This document shows positions 27,337-36,587 of a stretch of DNA of 64,000 nucleotides, one piece after another. The position numbers and the translations under genes were made by a program. The stretch is taken from contig CAWKDB010000002.1 in NCBI GenBank assembly GCA_963848295.1, positions 480,001 to 544,000 on the forward strand. The letters run 5' to 3'. Source of the stretch: an uncultured delta proteobacterium. GTDB lineage: Bacteria; Myxococcota_A; Polyangia; Haliangiales; Haliangiaceae. The notes beneath the pieces are model-generated. The model was not told the origin of the DNA. It searched no databases and was given only the letters and a program-made list of their open reading frames with translations. Numbering within the stretch: position 1 is the stretch's first letter; the number at the start of each line of letters is the position of its first letter.

Positions 27337-28821
27337 ATGTCCGACAGTCTCGAGAAGAAGATCAACCGCGGAGTGGCCTGGACCGGGGCGTCCCAAGCGG
27401 TGATCGCGATCGCGGATCTGGTCTCGCAGCTGCTCGTGGTGTCGCTGTGGCTGACGAAGGAGCAGTTCGGCATCGCGATGATGGCGGTGCCGCTGTACGT
27501 GGTGCTCGACAGCGCCGCAGACCTCGGCATCACGTCCGCGCTGATCCAGCACGACGATCACACGCCCGAACGGATCTCGACGGTGTTCTGGTTCAACCTG
27601 ATGCTGTCGGTCGCGCTGTTCGGGTTGCTGTTCGCGATCGGGCCGCTGTACGCACGGCTGCAGGGCTACGACGTCGTCGGGTGGCTGCTGATCGCGTACG
27701 GCGGCAAGCTGCTGCTGCAGAACGTCTACGCGATCCCGTACGCGCTGCTCCGCAAGGAGCTGCGGTTCGCCGACATCGCGAAGATCCGCACCGCGGCGTA
27801 CCTCGTCGAGTCGATCACCCGGATCGTGCTCGCCGCGTGCGGCGTCACGATCTGGTGCTTCACGCTCGCCGCGCTCGCCCGCGCCGTGATGTTCGCGGTG
27901 CTGATCCAGGTGCGCCACCCGTTCGTGCCGCGGTTCGTGTTCCGGCTGCGCGAGGTGCTGCCGTACGTGCGGTTCGGGATGCGCACGGCGTCGAGCTCGA
28001 TGCTGTACTACCTGTACACGAACCTCGATTACCCGGTCGTGTCGTACTTCTTCGGCGCGACCGCGAACGGCATCTACGCGCTGGCGTATTGGATCGTGCT
28101 CGAGGCGGTCAAGACGATCGCGAACGTCGTGATCGAGGTCGCGTTCCCCGCGTTCGCTCGGCTGCGCGCGGACCTGCCGGCGCTGCGCAAGCAGTTCATC
28201 CGACTCACCCGGCTGAACCTCGTCGCCGTGCTGCCGTTCGTCGTGCTCATCCTGCTCGTGATCCCCGAGCTGCTCGACCTCGGCTACGCGGGTGGGCGAT
28301 GGACGAGCGGCGATCTCGCGCTATGCGCGGAGGCCGCGCGGATCTTGTGCATCGTCGGGTTGCTGCGCGCGCTCGGGTTCATCGGCCCGCCGTTGCTCGA
28401 CGGCATCGGCCGCCCGCAGCTCACGTTGCGCTACATGACCGTGGCGACGATCGTCGTGCCGATCACCTTCGCGCTGTTCGCGGAGCTGTTCGGCCACCGG
28501 CTGGGCCTACTCTCGGTGGCGACCGCGTGGGCGGTCGGCTACCCGGTCGCGTTCGCGATCCTGATCTACCTCGTCGCCCGATCGATCCAGCTGTCCGTGC
28601 TCGACTACCTGCGCAGCGGCGGCGGGATCGTCGCCTGCGCGGCGGCGGGGCTCGGCGTCGGGGTCGCGATCAAGCTCGCACTCCGGGCGGCGCTGCCCGA
28701 CGCCGGAGACGCCACGGTGATCGTCGCGGTCGGCTTGCCCGCGCTCGCGACGATGTTCGGCCTCCTCGCGACCTGGCAGAAGATCACGCCGCGGTCGGTC
28801 GGACAGGCGCTACGCGCGTAG
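27337..28821 (+). CDS. Wzx-type oligosaccharide flippase
   Basis: Multi-TM protein; DLGITSALIQ, TVFWFN, LLRKELRF, GIYALAY, VAFPAFARL. Confidence 0.88.
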   Translation: MSDSLEKKINRGVAWTGASQAVIAIADLVSQLLVVSLWLTKEQFGIAMMAVPLYVVLDSAADLGITSALIQHDDHTPERISTVFWFNLMLSVALFGLLFAIGPLYARLQGYDVVGWLLIAYGGKLLLQNVYAIPYALLRKELRFADIAKIRTAAYLVESITRIVLAACGVTIWCFTLAALARAVMFAVLIQVRHPFVPRFVFRLREVLPYVRFGMRTASSSMLYYLYTNLDYPVVSYFFGATANGIYALAYWIVLEAVKTIANVVIEVAFPAFARLRADLPALRKQFIRLTRLNLVAVLPFVVLILLVIPELLDLGYAGGRWTSGDLALCAEAARILCIVGLLRALGFIGPPLLDGIGRPQLTLRYMTVATIVVPITFALFAELFGHRLGLLSVATAWAVGYPVAFAILIYLVARSIQLSVLDYLRSGGGIVACAAAGLGVGVAIKLALRAALPDAGDATVIVAVGLPALATMFGLLATWQKITPRSVGQALRA

Positions 28822-29842
28822 CCGGCGCGACCTCGATCGATGCGCCGGCGATCGCGAGCTGCGGCCCGCGCTCCGGCGGCGGTCGGCGCATCCGACCGAA
28901 TAGCCAACCGACCGCCCAGTACGCCCACAGCACCGGGAACGCGAGCGAGAACGCGGACAGCGCGACCGCTTTGCGCACCGGCCGCCCGGCGTACTTCCAG
29001 CTCTCGCCGTCGTAGATCCGCTCGCACGCGTGGTACCAGAGCAGGACCATGTAGACCGGGTACAGCGCGACGAACCGGATCGCGTGGTAATGGCCGACGA
29101 CGTTGTGCAGATACTCGAACAACCGGCGGCCGAACCCGATCGTCGACATCTTGCGCTTGTCGAGCCCGCCTTGGATGTCGAGCCGGCGCAGGATCCACGC
29201 GTCGGGATCGAACACCATGTACTCGTCGTCGCGCTTGCCGCGCTGGATGCGGAAGCACAGCGAGTTCTCGTCTTCGATCTGCGTGCAGGTGTCCCACATG
29301 CCGAAGCGCTCGAGCGCGCTGCGCCGGATCGCCGAGTTCGTGCCGTGGATATTCAGGATCCGATCGGAGCGCACGTCGACCTGCGTGTAGCAGCGTTGCC
29401 ACAGCATGCGGCTGTACGACAGCACGTTCGCGCGCGCGAACTCCATGTTCTTGTACGGCGGCTCGCGTCCGCCCTCGACGACGTGGCGGCCGCTCACCGC
29501 GAGGCACTTCGGATCGCGGAAGTTCGTCATGTGCGCCGACAGCCAACCCGGGTGTCCCGGGATGTCGTCGTCATCGAGCATGATGATGATATCGCCGCTC
29601 GCGATCCGGCACGCCTCGTTGCGCGACCCGGGCCCGCCGAGCGGTGGACGCTTCGCGACGACGACGCGCGGATCGGCGGCGAGCTCGGCCAACCGGGCTT
29701 GTTCTTCGGCCGTGAACCGCGTGCTCTGCTCGATCACGAGGATCTCGAAGCTCGGGTAGTCCTGAGCGAGACACTGGACGAGCGCATCGCACGCCGCCGC
29801 GAGGCGGTTGTACGAGCGGAGCACGACGGTAGCCTTCAGCAT
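28784..29842 (-). CDS. GT2-family glycosyltransferase with C-terminal TM segments
   Basis: SYNR, FEILVI, GPGSRN, LDDDD, GTNSAIRR, IEDE. Confidence 0.88.
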   Translation of the reverse strand: MLKATVVLRSYNRLAAACDALVQCLAQDYPSFEILVIEQSTRFTAEEQARLAELAADPRVVVAKRPPLGGPGSRNEACRIASGDIIIMLDDDDIPGHPGWLSAHMTNFRDPKCLAVSGRHVVEGGREPPYKNMEFARANVLSYSRMLWQRCYTQVDVRSDRILNIHGTNSAIRRSALERFGMWDTCTQIEDENSLCFRIQRGKRDDEYMVFDPDAWILRRLDIQGGLDKRKMSTIGFGRRLFEYLHNVVGHYHAIRFVALYPVYMVLLWYHACERIYDGESWKYAGRPVRKAVALSAFSLAFPVLWAYWAVGWLFGRMRRPPPERGPQLAIAGASIEVAPATRVAPVRPTAA

Positions 29843-29871
29843 GGCTGGCCGATCGCGACTATAGTCGCGGC

Positions 29872-30477
29872 GTGGGCCTGCGCAGCTTGTTCGAATCCGC
29901 GACCGGCGGGGGGCCGTTTCGTCGCCGCGATTACACCAAGCGGCTCGCGTACCAGGACAATTACCGGCAGCTCGCCGGGGCGCTGTGCGAGATCCTCGAC
30001 TTCGCCACGCACCTCGACGTCGGTTGCGGCCAAGGCCTGTTGCTCGGCCCGTTGCTCGAGCGCGGCAAAGACGTGTCGGGTATCGAGGGATCTGCGGCCG
30101 CGCGCGAGTTCATGCCGGCGGCGCTGCGCGACCGCATCCGGACCGCGAACATCACCGAGCTCGCGGTCGAGCGGCGTTACGATCTCGTCTCGTGCGTCGA
30201 AGTGCTCGAGCATATCCCCGAAGCCCAGGCCGATCGCGCGGTCGGCTTTCTCGCCGGCTCCGCCGAGCGCTGGATCTATTTCAGCGCCGCGATCCCGCGC
30301 CAACCCGGCGTCGGGCACATCAACTGCCAGCCGTCGCTCTACTGGATGCTCGCGTTCGAGCGCCACGGCTGGCAGCTCGATCTCGCCCGCTCCGGCAACT
30401 TGCACGCCGCGCTGCGCGGCATGAGCCCGTGCTGGTGGCTGCCGCAAAACGCGCTGATCTTCGCGCGCGCTCGGTAG
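29872..30477 (+). CDS. Class I SAM-dependent methyltransferase
   Basis: LDVGCGQG, YDLVSCVEVLEHI, FSAA.P.Q.G.GHINCQ. Confidence 0.85.
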   Translation: MGLRSLFESATGGGPFRRRDYTKRLAYQDNYRQLAGALCEILDFATHLDVGCGQGLLLGPLLERGKDVSGIEGSAAAREFMPAALRDRIRTANITELAVERRYDLVSCVEVLEHIPEAQADRAVGFLAGSAERWIYFSAAIPRQPGVGHINCQPSLYWMLAFERHGWQLDLARSGNLHAALRGMSPCWWLPQNALIFARAR

Positions 30478-30550
30478 CGTCGGTTCGGCGGGGACCGCGA
30501 GCATGGTTTGGGACTTATCACGACTGCCCGCCCGAGCGCACCTGCCACGA

Positions 30551-31585
30551 TCAGCCGGGGTCGGCAGAGTCGCGGCGGAGTGAGGCGACCTGGTCGGGCG
30601 ACCCCAGCACCACGAGGGTCATGCCCGGCTCGAGCCGCTCGTCGGCGTCGGGATTGTAGATCCAGGTCGCGGCGTCGCGACCGCGCAGCGCGAGCACGGT
30701 CATCCCGAACCGCTCGCGGATCTTGGCGTCGCGCAGGGTGTCGCCGAGGCCCTTCTCGCCCAGCGTGATCTCCTCGATCCGGAACACCGCCCCCCGGTCG
30801 CGCAGCATGTCGTCGAGAAACCGCACGACCGCGGGCCTCAAAAGCTCCGACACCATCCGCATGCCGCCGATGAAGTTCGGTGACACCACCGCGTCGGCGC
30901 CCGACCGCTTGATCTTGTCGACGTGCGAGAGCTCGGCGCAGCGCGCGACGATCCGCGCGTTCGGGTTCGACTGCCGCCCCGACACCGTCAAGTACAAGTT
31001 GTCCTTGTCCGACGACAGCGCCGCGACGAGCCCGCGCGCGGCGCCGAGGTGGGCCTGGTCCATGATGTCGTCGTTCGTCGCGTCGCCGACGATGAAGGCG
31101 AACGGCGCTTTCGGATGCCTGTCGGCGATGTCGCGGAGCTCGGACTCGCGCGTATCGATCGCGATCACCGGCACGCCGGTGGTCAGCAATTCCTCGATGA
31201 CGTTGCGCCCGGTCGAACCGGCGCCACACACGATCACGTGATCCTTCATGCGTTTCATCCGTTTCTTGAGCTTGGACGCGAACAGGACGTTGCGAAGATC
31301 GCCTTCGATGATGAAGGCGGTGATGTTCGACGCGAAGAACACGATCGTGCCGGTACCGAACACGAGCAGCGCGACGGTGAACGCGCGCGCGCCCTCGGTC
31401 TTGTCCATCCCGTGCAGCACTTCGTCGTAACCCACGGTGGTGATCGTGATGACCGTCATGTACAGGCAGTCGCCGAACGACCACTTGCCGTCCCCGATCA
31501 GGTAGTAACCGACGCCACCGCCGAACACGATGAACGCGATCGCGAGCAGCCCGTAGAACAGGCGCCTGAATACCGGCGAGGACAT
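30551..31585 (-). CDS. 2-TM potassium channel with RCK (TrkA-N/TrkA-C) domains
   Basis: TITTVGYDE pore, HVIVCGAGSTG, GDAT, GADAVVSP, C-terminal NP...LVVLG. Confidence 0.9.
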   Translation of the reverse strand: MSSPVFRRLFYGLLAIAFIVFGGGVGYYLIGDGKWSFGDCLYMTVITITTVGYDEVLHGMDKTEGARAFTVALLVFGTGTIVFFASNITAFIIEGDLRNVLFASKLKKRMKRMKDHVIVCGAGSTGRNVIEELLTTGVPVIAIDTRESELRDIADRHPKAPFAFIVGDATNDDIMDQAHLGAARGLVAALSSDKDNLYLTVSGRQSNPNARIVARCAELSHVDKIKRSGADAVVSPNFIGGMRMVSELLRPAVVRFLDDMLRDRGAVFRIEEITLGEKGLGDTLRDAKIRERFGMTVLALRGRDAATWIYNPDADERLEPGMTLVVLGSPDQVASLRRDSADPG

Positions 31586-31627
31586 CAGCAAGCGACCGAC
31601 GATAACAAATCTGGTAAGACCCTGCGC

Positions 31628-33175
31628 ATGCAGCAGCTCGCGAGCTTCCTGTCGGGTGGGTGGTCGGCGGGATCGGGCGCGCGCCTCCCGCTCGTCAACC
31701 CGGCGACCGAAGAGGTCATCGCGGAGGTCGCGCAGGGCGGCCACGACCTCGCCGGCGCGTTCGCGTACGCGCGCACCGCCGGTGACCGCGAGCTCGCGCA
31801 GATGACGTTCGCCCAGCGCGGTGCGCTGCTCGCCGCCCTCGCGAAGGCGATGCACGGCGCGCGCGAGGAGCTGATCGCGCTCGCGGTCGCGAACGGCGGC
31901 AACACGCGCGGCGACGCGAAGTTCGACATCGACGGCGGCGCGGCGACGCTGGGTCACTATGCCGACCTCGGCGCGAGGCTCGGCGAACGGACGATCCTCG
32001 GCGACGGCGAGCCGGTGCAAGTCGGGCGCACCGCGCGGATGGGCGGCCAGCACGTGTGGGGGCGCCGGCGCGGCGTCGCGATCCACATCAACGCGTTCAA
32101 CTTCCCGGCGTGGGGCACGTGCGAGAAGCTCGCGTGTGCGCTGCTCGCCGGCATGCCGGTGATCTCCAAGCCGGCGACCGCGACCGCGCTCGTCGCGTTT
32201 CGGCTCGGCCAGGTGTTCGAGCCGGTGCTACCACCCGGCGTCCTGCAGCTGCTCGTCGGCCCGGCCGGCGGACTGCTCGATCACGTCGGCGCCGGCGATG
32301 TCGTCGCGTTCACCGGCGGCAGCGCGACCGCTCGCTCGCTGCGCACGCACGCCAAGATCGTCGAGCACGGCGTCCGGCTCAACATCGAGGCCGACTCGCT
32401 CAACGCCGCGGTGCTCGGACCCGACGTCGAGCTGTCGGGGGAAGCCGGCGCGCTGTTCCTCGCCGACGTCGCGCGCGACATGACCCAGAAGACCGGCCAG
32501 AAGTGCACCGCGATCCGCCGCGTCCTCGTGCCCGAAGCTCGCCTCGCCGAGGTGTGCGACGCCTTGAAGGAGCGGCTCGCGGCGATCGCGATCGGCGACC
32601 CCGCGCGCGACGATGTCCGCATGGGCCCGCTCGCCACCGCGCAGCAGAAAGCGGATGTCACCGCCGGCATCGCGCGACTCGCCGCAGCGACCGACGCGGT
32701 CTACGGCGGCACGGGCGAGGTCACGGCGCTCGGCGCGCCCGCGGGCAAGGGCTTCTTCGTCGGTCCCGTCGTTCGCACGACCGCGACCCCGATGACGTGC
32801 GCCCCGCTCAACCAGCACGAGGTGTTCGGGCCGGTAGCCACCGTCGCGCCGTACTCGGGCGCCGCCAGCGACGCCGCCGCGTTCGTCGCACTCGGCGAGG
32901 GCTGCCTCGTGAGCTCGGCATACTCCGACGATCGCGATTGGGTCGCGAGCTTCGTCACCGCCGCCGCGCCATGGGCGGGCCGGCTGTACCTCGGCTCGAC
33001 GAAGATGGCCTCGCAATCGCCGGGACCGGGCACCGCCCTGCCGTCGCTGTTGCACGGTGGCCCGGGCCGCGCCGGCGGCGGCGAGGAGCTCGGCGGCGAG
33101 CGCGGCATGCAGCTGTATCTGCAACGCTGCGCGCTCGAGGGCGACGCGAGCGTGTTGAAGTCGCTGATCGCCTGA
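31628..33175 (+). CDS. 3,4-dehydroadipyl-CoA semialdehyde dehydrogenase-like aldehyde dehydrogenase (BoxD / PaaZ N-domain family)
   Basis: HINAFNFPAWG, FTGG, EADSLN, KTGQKCTAIRR, EVFGPV, HGGPGRAGGGEELGG; no C-terminal hydratase domain. Confidence 0.85.
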   Translation: MQQLASFLSGGWSAGSGARLPLVNPATEEVIAEVAQGGHDLAGAFAYARTAGDRELAQMTFAQRGALLAALAKAMHGAREELIALAVANGGNTRGDAKFDIDGGAATLGHYADLGARLGERTILGDGEPVQVGRTARMGGQHVWGRRRGVAIHINAFNFPAWGTCEKLACALLAGMPVISKPATATALVAFRLGQVFEPVLPPGVLQLLVGPAGGLLDHVGAGDVVAFTGGSATARSLRTHAKIVEHGVRLNIEADSLNAAVLGPDVELSGEAGALFLADVARDMTQKTGQKCTAIRRVLVPEARLAEVCDALKERLAAIAIGDPARDDVRMGPLATAQQKADVTAGIARLAAATDAVYGGTGEVTALGAPAGKGFFVGPVVRTTATPMTCAPLNQHEVFGPVATVAPYSGAASDAAAFVALGEGCLVSSAYSDDRDWVASFVTAAAPWAGRLYLGSTKMASQSPGPGTALPSLLHGGPGRAGGGEELGGERGMQLYLQRCALEGDASVLKSLIA

Positions 33176-33190
33176 CCCCGCGCGCTGCGG

Positions 33191-33877
33191 CTAGACCAGC
33201 GTCGGAGGCCGACGGCGGATCGCGGCCGGAGCCTCCGGCTCCGGATCGAGCAGCGGCAGCAGCACCGACAGCTCGCGCGCGACGTTGCGGCAGCGGTGGC
33301 GGACGAAGTCGAGCGCATAAGGCTCGGCGAGCAACACGACGAGCGCGGCGTCGTACCAGAAGCTCATCGCGTAGGCGTCGGGATCGACGATCTCGCCGTG
33401 CGAGCTGCCGGGCGCGTGGGTCGCGAGCGCGCGGCGCGCGAGGAATTGCCAGCGCGACGCCTCGTTGTCGTCGGCCGGACGCGCCGACGCGATCAGCTTG
33501 GTCCCGAGCGTGACGAACGCGTTGGTCGCGCGATCGATCGACGCGAGCGCTCGCAGGAACACCTCGATCTTGTCGGTGACTCGCTCGCCACTCGCGACGA
33601 CGCCGGGCGCATACGTGACTTCGGGCAGCCGCGCGACCTCGTGGCGCCGACGGATCGCGCGGAGCTGTCGGGTGGTGCGCTCGAGCGCGGCGTCGAGATC
33701 GAACTCGCGGCTCGTGCGCGTCGGCAGCTCGACCCGCAAGAACTCGCCTCCGCCGAGCGCGAGCGTGCGCGCGGGCACGCCGGTGCGCGAGTCATCGCTC
33801 TCGATCACTCGCGCCGACACCGCGCCGGTCTCGGTCACCAGCTCGCGCAGCACTTCGATCACCTCGTCCTCGATCAC
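33191..33877 (-). CDS. Hypothetical protein, possible C-terminal Roadblock/LC7-like domain
   Basis: GTG overlaps the upstream stop; C-terminal pattern AALVVLL...LDFVRHRCRNVARELSVLL. Confidence 0.55.
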   Translation of the reverse strand: MIEDEVIEVLRELVTETGAVSARVIESDDSRTGVPARTLALGGGEFLRVELPTRTSREFDLDAALERTTRQLRAIRRRHEVARLPEVTYAPGVVASGERVTDKIEVFLRALASIDRATNAFVTLGTKLIASARPADDNEASRWQFLARRALATHAPGSSHGEIVDPDAYAMSFWYDAALVVLLAEPYALDFVRHRCRNVARELSVLLPLLDPEPEAPAAIRRRPPTLV

Positions 33878-34563
33878 GACAGCTCGCGCTCCACCAGCGT
33901 CGTCGCGACCATTGTCGCGGGCTGTGGGAAGAACAAGTAGTTCGCGATCGCCGGCTGACCCGCGTAGAGCGCGGTCCAGTCGCCGGCGGCGAACCCGGGC
34001 GGCGCATGCGCGATGTCGCCGAAGTCGACGCTCAGCAGCTCGTACGCGGGCAGCAGCGCGACGAGCCGCTGGAGCCGCGGCAACAACGGCGCGTCGTAGA
34101 CGCCGGCGCGCGGGCGCTCGGTGATCAAGAAGCCGTCCGGCGTCGAGCTGACGTCGATCGCGACCTGCTGGGCGGCGGCGACGCGCGCGCGCTGGCTGAC
34201 GACCAGGCGCAGGTAGAGCTCGCTGATCCGCGCGTCGGGCTCGCACCACTCGATCGGTACGGCCGCGCCGTGATCGCGAACTTGCAACGCGCACGGTGTT
34301 CGCCCCAAGCACAGCACGTAGATGTAGTCGCACGGTTCGTCTTCGCCACCGGCGCGCACGAACGTCGCGGCCGACAGTTCTTGAGCCAGCTCGTCGGCGA
34401 GCGCAGCGAGCTCGTCGGGCGCGATCCCGTCGGCGCGCGCGTCCGCGGGCTCGCCCCACGTGCGCGTCGGATAGAGCTGGTCGAGCGCTTGGTCGACCGA
34501 CGACATCATCTCGCCCTTGCGATGATCGCAGCCAGTCTTGCTCTTACAGCTGGTGCAGCCCAC
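33874..34563 (-). CDS. Hypothetical protein with N-terminal CxxCxxxxxC motif
   Basis: 229-aa ORF starting MGCTSCKSKTGCDH, coupled to the downstream gene. Confidence 0.65.
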   Translation of the reverse strand: MGCTSCKSKTGCDHRKGEMMSSVDQALDQLYPTRTWGEPADARADGIAPDELAALADELAQELSAATFVRAGGEDEPCDYIYVLCLGRTPCALQVRDHGAAVPIEWCEPDARISELYLRLVVSQRARVAAAQQVAIDVSSTPDGFLITERPRAGVYDAPLLPRLQRLVALLPAYELLSVDFGDIAHAPPGFAAGDWTALYAGQPAIANYLFFPQPATMVATTLVERELS

Positions 34564-34702
34564 GGCGCCGGGGACTCTACACTGTGTCCTTCAAAACGCC
34601 CCACGTGAACCCTACGCCACTTCATGAAAGCCTTAATAGTCAGGTAACCACGCTGGGTTGCTCGACCCGCCCGGCGGCACGCCCGCTGCAATACCCCACG
34701 AC

Positions 34703-35191
34703 ATGAAGCTCACCAACCTCCTGTTCGTAGGCATCCTGGGCACCGTTTTCGCGGCCGGTACCGCTAGCGCAGGCGGCTTCCACGGCGGCGGTGGTCACGG
34801 CGGTGGTGGCCACTCCAGCGGTGGTCACTCCGCGGGCGGCGGCGGTCACTACGCGGGCGGCGGCGGTCACTACGCTGGCACCAGTGGTCACTACGCGAGC
34901 GGCGGTGGTCACTACGCGCGGGGCGGTGGTCGTTACGTCGGCGGCGGTGGCCGCTACGTCAACGGCGGCCGGTTCTACGGCCCGCGCTACTACGGCCCCA
35001 GCGTCGGTGTCGGCTACGGGTATGTCGACCCCGGCTACGTCGACCCTGATTACGTCGATCCCGGCTACGTCGATCCCGACTATGGCTACGTCGATCCGTA
35101 CGCGGCGCCCGTCGTCGAAGCTCCGATCGTGGTCGGCCCACGCTACGTCCACCGCCCCCGCTTCGTTCGCCGCGGCTGGCATCGCTGGTAG
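34703..35191 (+). CDS. Secreted Gly/Tyr/His-rich low-complexity protein
   Basis: Signal peptide MKLTNLLFVGILG...ASA; GGHY and YVDP repeats. Confidence 0.75.
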   Translation: MKLTNLLFVGILGTVFAAGTASAGGFHGGGGHGGGGHSSGGHSAGGGGHYAGGGGHYAGTSGHYASGGGHYARGGGRYVGGGGRYVNGGRFYGPRYYGPSVGVGYGYVDPGYVDPDYVDPGYVDPDYGYVDPYAAPVVEAPIVVGPRYVHRPRFVRRGWHRW

Positions 35192-35250
35192 TTGTGGGCT
35201 CGTCGAGCGACGAGCCTTCGCGCAGCCCGCGGTGCTCGCTGCCCTCTCGC

Positions 35251-36183
35251 TTAGTCGCGGCGCATGAAGATCCTGATCACGTACCAGAACATCAGCGCGA
35301 CCGACGAGAACAGCGCGAGCGCCGCGGCGACTTGCGACCGCGGCGGATAGTGTGCCAGCACTTGCGACGTCTGGTAGAGGATATACGCGGCGGCGAACAG
35401 CACCATGCCGATCGAGAACGCGAGGCCGAGGTTGAAGCCGAAGCCGAGCGACAAGTAGATGAGAGTCAGCGCCGCGCCGCCTGCCATCAACAGGCCGCTG
35501 CGCAGGAACGAGAAGTCCTTCTTCGAGATGAACACCGACAGCGTGAGCATCACGAACACGCCGACGGTGACCACTCCGGCGTCGCGGATGATGTGCGGCT
35601 CGGCGCCACCGCGTGCGAGGATCATCTGGGTCTTGACCGCGACGAGGGTCAACAGCGGCACGAAGATCAGCGCCTCGGCGCACACGTAGAGCGCGAGCCC
35701 GATGTACTGCACCGGCTTCGACTTCGCGTGTGACGCCCAGCTGTCGGCGAGCCACGAGATCGCCATGAACGCGGCGAGCACGATGCCCCAGTTCCACCGC
35801 GCCCCGAGCGCGAACTTGACGAGCGGTTGCGAGATGCGCGCGCCGAGGAACGGGTTCGTCATCAACAGATATTCGAGCCCGGCGAACGCGAGGATCGCGA
35901 ACAGCAGGTGCAGGTACGTCAGCCGGATGAACCGGACGCGCTCGGGTGCGCCGACCTCGCTGCGGATCGGCCGCGCCGGCGTTTGGAGCGATGGCGGAGT
36001 CTCCTGCGGGGCCGCCGCGGCGACCGGTTCTGCGACGTGCACCGGGTACGCGGGATAGGCGCCCGCGTAGTAGGTCGGCGGCGGCGGCGCAGGGTACGGC
36101 GGTTCAACCGCATAAGGCTGCTGGGTGTGCAGCGGTGGTGGCGGGGTCCAGCCGATGAGCGTCTTCGACGGGTCGTAGGTCAT
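35251..36183 (-). CDS. Bax inhibitor-1/YccA family membrane protein with Pro-rich N-terminus
   Basis: RVRFIRLTYLHL, KKDFSFLRSGL, YILYQTS, AALALFSSV; ~7 TM. Confidence 0.85.
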   Translation of the reverse strand: MTYDPSKTLIGWTPPPPLHTQQPYAVEPPYPAPPPPTYYAGAYPAYPVHVAEPVAAAAPQETPPSLQTPARPIRSEVGAPERVRFIRLTYLHLLFAILAFAGLEYLLMTNPFLGARISQPLVKFALGARWNWGIVLAAFMAISWLADSWASHAKSKPVQYIGLALYVCAEALIFVPLLTLVAVKTQMILARGGAEPHIIRDAGVVTVGVFVMLTLSVFISKKDFSFLRSGLLMAGGAALTLIYLSLGFGFNLGLAFSIGMVLFAAAYILYQTSQVLAHYPPRSQVAAALALFSSVALMFWYVIRIFMRRD

Positions 36184-36311
36184 CGCGGGTCGACATCGCA
36201 ACCCGCGTGCCGCGCTAAGGCCGCAACGTCCCTGGAGCTCGCGACCGGGTACTACGCAACCGATGGCGCGATCGCGCAAGCACAGCGCTGAACGCCTGCT
36301 ACGCTGTTCGC

Positions 36312-36587
36312 GTGGTGCGCAGCGCGACGCCCGTCGAGCCCGTTGCCTCCCGGGCGACGATATCCTTGCGCCAGCACTCGATCGGCTTCTTGATCTGTCT
36401 TGCCGTTGGCATGGTGCTGTCGCTGATCGGAGCGGCCATGGCCGTGGTGCTCGAGCTACCACACGAGCTCGTCGCGGACAGGACCGATATGGACTACGTG
36501 CGTCCAATGGTCCTGTTCGCATTCGCGTTCGCGATCGCCTGCGCCGTCTCGCGCGCCTACGTCACGCGCCGCCGATCGTCGATCTAA
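36312..36587 (+). CDS. Small 2-TM hypothetical protein
   Basis: Two hydrophobic helices; fills an intergenic gap; start uncertain. Confidence 0.45.
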   Translation: MVRSATPVEPVASRATISLRQHSIGFLICLAVGMVLSLIGAAMAVVLELPHELVADRTDMDYVRPMVLFAFAFAIACAVSRAYVTRRRSSI

